DNA of 63,362 nt, filler included, from Phoronis australis (Eukaryota > Animalia > Phoronida), in assembly GCA_002633005.1 (NCBI GenBank). It is 6 parts of 6 records of this genome, joined end to end, with 100 filler letters (N's around TTAATTAATTAA, not from the genome) between each part and the next. Parts side by side here need not be neighbours in the genome. Positions count along the whole stretch, not along the records: positions 1 to 16,670 come from NMRA01000539.1; 5 more parts are not named here. One strand, written 5' to 3'. The notes beneath the pieces are model-generated. The model was not told the DNA's origin. It worked only from the letters and a program-made list of their open reading frames with translations, and ran no database searches. The translations under genes were made by a program, and so were the position numbers. Shown here piece after piece: positions 1 through 12,300 of this stretch (position 1 is its first letter; every line of letters begins with the position of its first letter).

Positions 1-211
1 GAGCACCCCAATTTGGCGAATTGGGCAAAAAGGTCCGCCTCAGTGAAAAAAAGTCGGAGTAAACGACACAAAAGTCCACAAAGGAAACAGGAAATCGGCA
101 CAGACGCACGATTCCTGGGCCTGAATCTGGTGGCCCCGTTATTTTAGTCCTTGATTTTGTTCAGTAAAAGGTCCCCATACCGAGAAATGCTATTTTAGGA
201 CGGGTGCGCGC
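1..211. mobile_element. Partial GC-rich-ended MITE, same family as 6530-6801
   Basis: Shares ATTTGG..GG.AAAAAGGTC.GCCTCAG and the terminal GGTGCGCGCA with the copy at 6530-6801. Confidence 0.5.
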
Positions 212-370
212 AAGGAGATAATAACCATTTACAGCCATTTTAAATGTCAATCCTATAAAATACAAGGAAGGATATTTTGTGTTGGCTTTTATGAGCAAAA
301 TAAGATTTTCAAAAGTTTGACTACTCATGTACGGTCTTGGAGAAACAGTATTACACGTCATCCTACGTAC

Positions 371-3300
371 TGCATAAAATCCTTGATAGCTTTCAACATG
401 TCTTGCGCCTCGTCTTTCTTAGCTCCCACACATGACCCAAACGTATGCGCGTCGTAGAACACGTTGCTCATGTTGTACATACGTGGCTTGCAGTATTCAA
501 ACACCTCTTGCCAGCGGTTTCCCACGTCTATACCTGTTAAAGCGGTGGGGAACCAATTACGTACATCATGGACAAAGTATGGTTATTGGCTAAAATATGG
601 CCAGGAAACAAACGCATACCATACTTAAGTAGGTCGTTGTCGTTGCACAATTTGCCTGGAAAGTTACCTATACCACAGTGACACTTGTGTTTGCGTAAAC
701 ATGTTTCATTAAATAAACGACAGGTCTTCAACTTTGAGAGTCTAGTCTCAATCTGTAGCTTAACATGCGTACAGAGAAAATCGTTAATTATTTGTTTCTT
801 ATTCACCAAACGGCTCTAGTGGGCAGTTGCAAGAATGCTCTAGAAGTCCAAAGAGGGGAATTAACTTTGATTAGTCAAAAGTTTCGACATCGCATCATTT
901 GACACGCTCCCTTCTTTTCAGTTTGCCTAACGGATCCTATCACATTCCGGTCGGAATGTATTCCCAAATACATGAAATTCAGATTTTACTTACTGACAAT
1001 ACACCAACAAAACAGTTGCCATCGAATCGAGCGACATTCAACATCGTCTTCTATGAACTTGGTAGGAAAAACCTCAAGGTACACGGCTGGGATTTAAAAT
1101 AATCCATATAAAATTCTAAAATGTCGTTACCGATAACAAAGCAATTAAAAGGTCCGTAAAATGCCATGAAACGATAAAACACGTGTTAAAATCAGCCACA
1201 CGTGTCCTCGTGGCGGATTTCTTCAGTGGCGAGAAGTCTGCAAGGACGATGCATCCGACAGCTTTTAATGCGAGTTATATTCTGCTCATCGCATTTCGCT
1301 ACCGTTTAACTGGCTATCTTAATGACATGACTCGATTGGTGAGACCATTGTACATTATGAAGTGAAGAAAGCAAATAGGGAGTGTGTCTGCTGAAGTATA
1401 TCCGACCATTAAATTATGAAGAGCTTTGTGCAAATTACTTCATAGTCAGACAGCATTATTCTCGATTGATCTCGAACCGACTTAGGTGAACTAAATTTAC
1501 GCATAGTTTGAGGACAGTTGTCAGAAGCATCATGGGACTCCTACCTTCAAACTCGAGGCGATACAATGCAGATACCGCGTCAGATATGTCTATAGGCTCA
1601 GTGTTTTGCTTAAAACGCGGAAGCACTTCAGTGTCGTATAAGTTCAAAGCGGCTTCGAAGTCTCCCTGGAAAACACCTATCAATAGTAAACATTGTAACC
1701 GAGAACTATGGAAGACACGTAAATGTTGGACGAAAACAGAATACTCAACGTTTACAGTCCTGGCACGGAAAGTGTAAAACAGTAGCTTGTAAGAAAAAGC
1801 GTATCTCATTTCCACACGTCTACTCGCGTGTCTGCACAGGTGGGACACCAAAAGATTTAGAAAAGCCATATTTCCGAATTTAATCGGTATAACTTATTGT
1901 AAGAAAATCAAGACAAATATAATTAACTCATGAATTCACATCCCGCAGTTGCATAAATAATAAAATGGCGACAACACTAGCAACACATTTACGAACCATC
2001 ACTACTTCTTCAGAAACATAAATAGACCTTTTGTAAAATAGGCACGGTTACCTTACCTTTTCGATGTAGTATAAAGCCAGATGCCAAAACGTGTGGCACG
2101 ACAGAAAACTTTGCTGCAACGGATCAAAGCATCTTGAGTTTACTTCATTGACTAAGCTTATTACCGTGTTGGCGAATGCAGAGGTGCAAGACAAGTCAGA
2201 TTATAAAAATCACGTAAACTCACAAGCGTTGTGAGAGTAAATCTTGATATTTAATGACAGCCACTGAAATAACTGGTAGGCGAGGAGGGGATAATGTTTT
2301 CCGTTTCGTAAGTCAAAAGTTTATCCCCTAAGTGTCTATCAAATGCTTTGCGTTTAAGAAACGCACCCCAGTTCTGCACTGCAAAATGCTCGGGACTGAA
2401 ATAATACGGTAATGTATAGCATGACTTGATTTTCGACTTGTAAAAGTGTCAGTAATTTCTATGACATTTGCTACGTATAATTTAAGCTTGTAATAGGCTT
2501 AAACTTTGTTAGTGCTTTTTTGTTGACAATTTACTACAAAACAAAATCTCAGATCATAGCCATGTAATTTTTTCAACACGGGAAAAATCACGGTACAAGT
2601 ACGTATTCTGAGATTAGATATCGTACTGTATGTTACTTACCGCCCAGTCTTGGGTGTTCGACTCTAGTCTCTTTATACCTTCATTAAAACGCCCAGTCAT
2701 TTCGTGAACATGCGCAAGGGCGTGATTAGCAAACGCATCTGAAGGATGCACTTCTAATGCCTGAAATTATAATTATTATAATATTAATAGTAGCAATTAT
2801 TTATAACAATAATGATAGTGGTGAAGAAGATAATCATGTTAGGAAGATTTAGAAATAGTCACTCATTTTATTCATGTACAAAGCTCAAGCCTAGGCAATC
2901 CAATTAAGTTGAAGCTTCAATAAATCCGACGGCAAACAACTCCAGAGAACGGAAAGAGTCACCTTTTCCTGTAGCGGTCTACAGTCTCGTTTGCTTTAGA
3001 TCCTGTTCTTGTAGGGGACAAAATGTGTGTAGCGGCGAAAATCTGCACCCCGACTATGTTTAATAGGCAAGCTGAGAATGACCCACGGTTTAATATAAAC
3101 TCAAAATTTATAGCAAGTGTAAGATTAAATAACCTAATCAAAAAAGTTAAAATGATATTTTGTCAGAACCTAGTCAGAGCCTTTACGTTCCTATCATTGG
3201 AAATTCGTAGTTATTACATTTCGCCCTAGAACTACTAAACTAACAAATGTGTGTCTGCATTCTTAGTGTGGAGTGTCTGTAGACTGAAGCAGGGTAGTTA

Positions 3301-6300
3301 ATTATATATATTTTCTTCAAGCTATAGGTCCCTTAAAATATTAACGTAGACCCGGCTTCGCTAAAGAGTCCTAAGCCAGTTTCGATTACTTACTATGCAA
3401 ATGAGCATAAAAAGATGTATAAGTCAATCAAATCAACTTTCGCGGGATCTTTTACAATTCTAATGTGAAATTGAGTTTCTCTCTTCCAAGCGATGCTCAA
3501 ACGTTGATCTACCTAAGTACTTGAGCGCACCTTTATTCCCATTTTCTCAGCTAAATCGTAGTTTTCAGACTCCTCCAACCCGAAGCAGTAACAACCATGG
3601 ATATATCTAAAACAAGGCACTTTACAAAGCAATTGACGTGACAACGTGAAGTGAATTGTGAATGAGCTTGAACTGTCATTCAAAATTAAGAAAGACTACA
3701 TTAAACAACGGAAGGACACAGGAAACCCACCATGAACAATTTGGGCATAATGAGAAATCGTTGCCGTTGTTTTGTAAAAAGTAAATCCATGTAAAGCAAG
3801 TATAGAGCTTAAGCGGCTAATTGCCCGTCTTAAGCCTCTACTTTTCTGAACGAAATTGGTGCCAAATTGTTTCCCAGTCAAAATAGATATGATGTTAAGG
3901 AACTGATAGGTTTTGGCTTGAGACCAGGCTCTGTATGTTGACTTGTCAAGAGCTGTCATATATTATTTACCGTACATAGTCTTGAGCAATACGGAACTAT
4001 TAGAAACCCAGAAATAACTTGCCATCTAAGAAAGGAACAAATTGAGACAGATTTTATATCGGTATATGGTCTGAATCAAAAATTATTTTTTCGATGAAAA
4101 GCGGGTTACATTTACATTAGCCCATCTTACACAATAAACTGTGGTAGGCGCCTACCCGTAGTTGTCGTCATTTGGTTTGAAGTAAGGGATCACCCTTGCC
4201 ACTGAATCACGCAACTGCTTGGGTCTTCCAGTTTCCAAGTAGCTGAACACTGTCATACGGTTAGCTAACATGTCTGTTGGGAAGTCCATAAGAATATCTT
4301 CCCACGTAAGCTGGGCTTCATCTTTTTTTCTGTAAAACAGGACATCAAGTGGTTATTACGGTCGATGAAGGAATCCATCAAATTAGTTCCGAGATTCTTG
4401 CAGCACAAAATAAATGTAGTAACAATAAAACCTGTCATTTTAATATGACACTTATTTTTTATGCTAAAACATCCAGGCTAACTTTCTTAAAATTTCAACC
4501 TTCATTCTAAGAGGCATTAATCGTCGTCATTTAGAGTAATTTGGTTTGAATTATTAAGTTTTAGTTATAATTGTTTATGTTCTATTCATATGACTACTGT
4601 CAATCCGCACTGAAGTTAATCTGTAAAAATACTGAGATGTGTTCCGTGGACGAAACCCTCTATATGAAAGCGATCATCTGGCCAGTTTGTAATACATAGC
4701 AATATCTCGCGAAGATCTGCGTGATCTGGCGCTTTCACGAGAGATTTGTGTCCACGGAGCGCAGCCCAGGTATGCAAAGCATGTTACTTAATATCCTCCA
4801 GCTCTACCCTTCTGTCCAGAGTTTGACTGCGGTCACGTGCTTTTTCTCTCGATCAGTGAGGCCTTCAGTGGTTCTCGATAGGTTGACCATGCTCTCGAGA
4901 ATACTTGAATAATCGGAATTGGCTTTCACGTTGGCGGCCCCGGCCACCCAACTAAATCCGTGGACTAGCACCTTACCCATAACTAAAACAATGCCGAAGT
5001 AATTAGTCGCGTGGGGATGGAAGTTCTGAGCAATTTATGTGGGCAAACTAGTGTTCGAAAACTTAAAAAATTTCCAAATACGCGTGCTAACCAAAGAATA
5101 CAAAAATGTAATTCAAACTACACAAACACACGTACAATGCCTACATCACCTTCATTACTCACTCTAAGTCATAGTGCACACAGGTTGAAAATACTGTTTT
5201 AGACTGAAAATTACATGTAGGCACGAAGGCGCATCTGAAATCAGTTTTGCAACATTTGGACCCGGGGGTCAATCTTTGTACTCGAAATCAACATCGAAAT
5301 TGACCTTACGCCAGAAAATGAATGACAGGTGTGATTGACCAATCAGAATGCTGCATTCTGCTCACTCCTCTAGACTGCAGTTCAAGTTGCCATCTTGCCC
5401 GACAAACATTAACGACTGTAGGACAAAACACGTACAACTACAATGTACATTTTAATTGATCAAGAGGTGTTGTTGTGGTGCGGGTAATTCAGACATTCGT
5501 TTTACCGACAGAGATGAAAGTCCTGTCAATTTTTGGCCTTTTCCAAAGCCTAAAATTGACGTTGTAATGAGCAAACGGTGGATTAACTAAACTGTTTGTA
5601 CTGCCGCAGCCTAACGTACGATTGTTTGACCACTCGAAAGCTAAACACATGTATGCTCTAAGGTATGCACTCTTTTTAATATTTCTTCCCAATATCGGAA
5701 TTTTGGCTCTGGATTACAGTCTTGTTAAGTGTTGCAACCCGCCGTCTATCTGCGATCACTTTAGGCCATAGTCCCAGCTCTCCTATCTTTCACCTCCGTG
5801 GCCACTTTCTGGGGGCAACGAGAACTTTTCATTAAACCCATCTACATATGTTCAAAAGTGAATTTCAAAAAATTTCCCAGAATAAACTTGCACGTCTAGT
5901 TAGAATTTTAATTTAAAAGTTGAAAAAATATAACCTCAACTAATGTGTTAGCCACCAGGAGTCAGTGCAAAATGCTCCGAACAACCAATCAAATGCCAGA
6001 AAAATATTGAGTCCATACATTTCCCCTTCAAAAGTCGTCTGCTTGGCATGAAAACATTCATCAGAGGACAGTCAGCTGATGTTATCTTATTGGCTTAGAT
6101 AGCTTGTTTACTGCTATTGACTACATTGGATAGTATCAGTTCTTGGATGGGTGTGCAAGTAATAAGTAATTACCAAGGACCAAGGCTCAAAAACCAGCAG
6201 GCAGCAGTTAGGAATTGAGCAAAGTCAAATCAAGTGGCCACAGTGTCATCGTACCGAAACAATTCTTGGCACATTCCTGAATCATCTTGTGTTTCGCAAA

Positions 6301-9300
6301 CAACAGTTTGGGACAGCTTGAATTATTGAATGTGTGCGACTTCAAAATAGAATGGCAAGATGTCTTCCCCTTACACCATTCATGTGTCAGGTTCTGCTCA
6401 AATTTCTGAGCTGAATTTTCAGATATTACCTGGTTTAAGCCTAGACTACTGCAAACAAACGTATCAACATTGAGTGCAAGAGAAGTATCATTGCTGATAA
6501 GTTTTTGTGAAAAAAAACAGAGCTCTTGTCATGCGCGCACCCAGGGGTGGGGGATGGGGTTGGGGGCTGGGGGGCTTGAACGAGCCTCCCCCATTTGGTA
6601 AAGTGGGTAAAAAGGTCAGCCTCAGAGAAACAAAAACTCCGAAACCGTAGAAAACGAGAAAAAACGCTCAGTAAAAAGGCAGGAACTACCAAAATTCGGC
6701 GAACGTACAATTCGTAGCTCTGAAGTGCCCCGTGAATATTAATAAATGTCCACATTCTCAAAAGCTCGAGCGTCCCCATTTTTAGGCTTGGTGCGCGCAT
6801 GCTTCTATCGCAAGCAGTGTTACAGACACTTAACAGATATGACAAAACTTGAAAGAGCCCTTTAAAAGCTTATGATGGAAATAATGTTGAGCCCACAAGA
6901 AAATTAAGGAGATTGTCACTGTCAGTTACATTTACATTTAACAGTGCTCAAAGAAATATATCGTATATGTCTCGCCACCACAATGAACCATTTTCCACAA
7001 ATCAAATTTCATCACAGGGGAACTTCACAAACAAAAGAAAAGTTGAAAACCTATCCCGGTCCCAAACATTCAATTATAAGTAGGCCTATCTATTCTTAAT
7101 TTGAAAAGGTGTCATTAATGGTAAATAATCTTTAGTGTAGGTCACACTAAAAAATTATTTTGCTTGATAAATTTGTAGTAATAGTCGTCTCAATCTCAAA
7201 TGTACTGGCAGTAGTTGTTACCTACATGTGAGTGATCAGCACTGCTTTTTATGAATTTCTAAGATCCTTTTATGTAAAGTCATGAACAGTGCTTGGAATT
7301 TGAGAAATATAAAAATGGAAATGTTGCCTGTGTTCTGTAATTTATTTATTATGAAATTCAAGTGTTGCGCAGATTTCAGTATCTCACGTTTTGAACATTG
7401 TTGAATTGAAGGTTTTAGCGAAGGAAAATGTTAACTCTTCCAATTATGTGCTATTTAAAACAGGAATTCAAATAGAATTTTAGCTCTACGGAAAAGAAGA
7501 CGCTTTTCAATTTCAAACAAAAACTACTGCCAACATGACCATTCCTCTATTTTCAAAGGCTGAACAAGTGCAAAAGAAGTGGTTGTAGTAAAAAATGTGC
7601 TCTTGTTTGAAGTTCTAAGTTGTGTGACTGTATCTCAGTCAAAAACAATTTTTGATGACAATAATGATGATATAAATGACAATGGAGTGGACGAAGAAAC
7701 ACAATAAGTGCATGTTATGTTGTTAAAGAACTTTATATGTAGGTTATGATATCAAATCTTCCTCAAGTTCCATTAACTGTATTTGTTTTTTCGGCAGATC
7801 AGAATATAGTAGTATGTTTTCTGGCCAACAAGAGGCGCTGCTAAAATATTATTTTTCTCTTCTTTGAGCAATTTTCCACCTAATATCCTTATATATATCA
7901 CTTTTCTTGTTCAGTAACTTCAAATGAACAAATCCCAATCAAATTATCATTTAGTTTTTGTCTAGTGTTGGTTTTTGAAGATTGGTTTTCTGTGCCAAAT
8001 TATGCAAAAAGTCTGATTTTTGAGGTCAAATTTCTCGAAAACGTGCAAGTCTTTTTAGATTCTTAAAGTATAGTACTTAATGACCTTAAAACACCAAAAT
8101 TATCTTGCCCCCAAAAAGTGACCACGGAAGTGATTTTCTAGGCTTCCTAGAGTCGAATGGACTGTGGCCTACTTTCTGGTTCATTCCATACATCATTGAC
8201 AACCATTTCCATAGCACTGACGAAAACGAGTTAAAGTATAGTCAATCTAGAGTCAAAATGCATTGCATGCCTACCTACATGTACTTACATGTACCTACTA
8301 GAGGCTCTTACATCTATACTGACTGTGAGTGGTTGTTATAGGCCTATTCTTATTCCTTCGTAACTTAGTCAGGTTCTCTATGTCCAAATTTTGACATTCG
8401 TTGGAATGTTTTGGGGAAGGTGGAAACTATGTATTTTTGGAAACCTCATGGAATGACGAACCAGAAAATAATGATTCCATTTTTCGGTGGCCATCTTGGT
8501 GGCCATCTTGGATTTTCAAAAATGGCGCCGGTAAAATGGATTTTACCCAATATATCCGCTTATGGGCCACTTAGATTGTTGGTTTTTATGGCAACACCTG
8601 CATTTCTGAGGTCATAGAATTGGAAATTTTGATTTTTATGGCGGTAATCTTGGTGGCCATCTTGAAATTTTACAAATGGCGCCCGTAAAATACATTTTGC
8701 TCAGTATTTCTGCTCTTGGGTCACTTAGAATGTTAGTTTTAATGGCTGCACCCACATTTTGTGAGGTAAGGAATTGAAAAACACTATTTCTAAAATGATA
8801 CATATATTCTAAATAATTTTGATAGCAGATACGAACCCCCAGAATATTTAAAGGAATCACAGAAACGCAGATTAAAGGCGAAGGCAACCTTTTTCCATGT
8901 CATTTTGAGCTAAAATAAGGTTGGTTGGTTATCCTAGACATATTTTCCACTTAATTACAGCTTTTCGTAATTTTATTAATTACTCGTCCGCTACTCCGGA
9001 AGTGACGTTTTAGGAGGCAAGCATTTCGCGCCAATTTCTTTTCATATAGTCTGACTGTGAGAGCTGCCGAGTCAGTCATTGTTCTACCTCGGTTGTGTTA
9101 AGTTCCGTCGTCGTTTGCTTTCATTTACTAGTCAGTCAACATGCCACACTGTTGCTGCGTACCAGAATGTACTAATTATCGGCTCACGCGCGCTTTGGGA
9201 GTACCTTTGCATCGCTTTCCGATGGATGACACACTTCGCCGTACTTGGCTCGTTCGTGTGAAGAACGCAGCGTTACCCGTCCACGCAACGTACAAAGCAG

Positions 9301-12300
9301 TGGAGAATTACCGTGTGTGTGGCAAGCACTTTCTGCCGTCCGATTACGAAAGGGATTTGTACGCTGAACTGATGAAGGTCCCTGCGAAACAACGTCTGAA
9401 GAAGGATGCCATTCCGTCTGTGTTGATTCCCGGCAGTGCCCCGTCGCCACCCCCGAGAAGTGCGTTTTTGAAGCGAGAAGCCTCGCGAGCTGTGGCCAGT
9501 ACAGTGACTGGAGCCAGTGGAGGCACTTCATCTACTGTCACCCGTGCCTCCGAACGTACCCCAGAGCGTGCAATTCCTGGAACCAGTAGTGATTCGCCCT
9601 GTGCTGTTTTCTCCAGCCCAGAGCCTCTAAGCAGCCCTGCAGCGATATTGAGTAGTGGGAGTGATTACAGGCTCAGTTCGACACCCAGTGAAGAGGACAG
9701 TTCGTCGTCCAGTGAACAGATCGGTGAGCCAAACTTATTGTGGACTTGTCCAAAGTGTCGGAGCTATTTAGAAGGTGCCAGGTGTGTAGCGACGAAGTCA
9801 CACGACACGATGTAAGCAGTTTGGGTGCTCAGGTTACCATCCAGTAGGAGTGTGTCGCGGGACAAGTGGGACAGTTGTTCCTCTGTCCATGGTATGTCGG
9901 AGGTCCACTTAACCATGTCCAGTAGTGGCTTGGCCTCGTCGAACTCTGAACAGCACAAGCATTCCATTGAGGTAGGCATAACAACGCACACAGTGCATTT
10001 GCACTAAGATGTGTCACCACGTCTGTCCTCAGTAGCCGCCTCGTTTCTCTCAACGGCTGCCTGTGCCTGTGCGTACTCTGCCTCGTTATACTCGGGCTCA
10101 AACGTGTACCCACCCACTGAATGTCCGTGAAAAAATTCCTCGTCACCACTGCTGTGAAGAAGGTCTCCGTCACTCACACTGCTGTCACTGTGATACGGGT
10201 CACCGACTCGAGCCATTTTCAGCTTGCAACACACTAAACAATCCCTAAATCAAACGTAGTTGAGTTCTCTACTAACCTATCTTGCCGCAGAATACTCGGC
10301 GATGGAAAGTGGTGGCGACAATTGTTGAAAAACAGCACAAAACAAAGTAGAATAGAACAGATTTGCACGGTAAAGTTAACGCAAAACCAAGTGGCGAGAA
10401 ACGCTTGCCTCCTAAAACGTCACTTCCGGAGTAGCGGACGAGTAATTTATAAAATTACGACAAGCTGTAATTACGTGGAAAATATGTCTAGGATAAGCAA
10501 CCAACCTTATTACCTTATATCTTTTGAAGATTTCGTTATTATTTCCACTGTTCACTTTAGAATCCAGTTCTCCTCTGCTCAATGGAAATGTATTTTGCTT
10601 TTGACAGTCGGATGGCAGATAAGCTTGGCAGTAACCAGGCTGATGATCAATGACGAGAACAACAGGAGTTGAAGCCTGCTGGGCAAATCGACCAGAAACA
10701 TGCTATCAGCCACTATGAATTCACCCTAACACCAAGAGCAATCTTTGCTGTCAGTGGGACAATGCTGTCACGCACAGACAAATCGAATCGATTCTACCTT
10801 CTGTAGAAACTTTCTGAAGCATACGTCTTAGAAGAGGACAGTCAAACTGCAAGAGAGGTTTTAGACCCAGTAAACATGTAAACAAGTAACAACATTCAAT
10901 GAGTGTGTTCACCCAAGCCACAGAACTGCACGTGTGGATAGTATGGAAGTGATTTTCTTAACTAGAGATTATGACGATATCATTCTGGTTTTGGACACCC
11001 ACAAAGACAACTCTTTGAAACAAGCCACACGAGAAAAAGGAGGCAGAGAAAGGGTCAAGTACGGTACCAGATAAGAAATGAGACTTACATATAAAACATC
11101 CCAATGAGCCGTTTCCTCTCCCATGACCAAAAAAGGCTCAACTTACTGAATATCTGTCTGCAAATGCACTTGAATATAACCAAGACTCTGCTAAGATAGC
11201 CATTACTTCAGCTTCAGGATGCACAAAGAGCAAACGACGTGATCTACGCTTAGAAGAAAACGATCACGAAAAATCAGATGTATTGCTCATGCACTGTACA
11301 TCATGCAGTTCTGGCATCACATCAAAACGTCCCTGATTCTCAGCTGATCTTTTTTCTCACCTGTCATAGATTTACTGGTACTCGTCATTGCCTATTATGA
11401 CAGGCTTCTCAGAAATACTTCAGTCCCCATGGCATCTGGGATTGTGGACGTGAATCCAATATGGACAATATTAGTGCTGTCTGGGCAAAGGCTCTTCCTG
11501 CTTTCCATGCTTTTACATGGACAGACAACACTGGTCCATTCTATAGGTTGAATATATATTTGAAGGCAAACACCGATGATATCAATGCAAAGCAGACTTT
11601 TTGTACTGCTTATGAAGTAACTGGTGAACCACTTCTCACATTAGCTCCTTTTACATGTGCATACTCACCATAGGGTATAAACACAAATAGCATCCCAGAG
11701 TTGAGATGGCACCTCTTCTGTAAACATATGCCTGACAGCGACAAAGTTCCACCAACCATCGGTGCTTTGAAACAGCATGTGCTGAGGGTGTTTATTCAAG
11801 CCAGAGTGTGGGGCCATGCAGTCATTGCTCGACAGGAGTTCCTTGACCCATTGCAGAATGAATTTACAAGGACAAAGATGACCAGCTGAAACACAACTGA
11901 GAAGCTTCCAGCGACAGAGGCTATCATTGAGATGGTTAAATGCCAGTGCAAAAACAATTCCTCTTCCCAAAGATGCTCTTGTCGATCAAAGGACCTATCT
12001 TTCAGATCTATGTCAGTATAGTGCAGAATATCAGAATGGTCATGCTATGAACATTCCCACTAAATAAAATTGGTTCTAACCCCGGTGTTTAAGGTACACG
12101 GCGGGGTATGGAAAATTGAACTAGACCGTATTTATCCACCTTGGCTGAGACGCGCTCGGCTCATGCTCAAAGGGATGCCGCCAAGCTGCTCTATTCATCG
12201 AGTCACGAGCGAGGATAATTGACTTCGCTCATGCGGATATGATCAGCTGATTACAGTCTAGCCTAACAACTGTACTTTTTATGGAGAGAATTTTACGTAG

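Larger units (their letters stand above)
8876..10511. mobile_element. Internally deleted Kolobok transposon nested in Academ #2
   Basis: Left end TTAA|AGG (TTAA at 8872-8875). About 120-bp IRs at 8915-9033 and 10392-10511. Convergent THAP-transposase (+) and KolX-like (-) ORFs. The outermost right terminus was not found. Confidence 0.8.
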
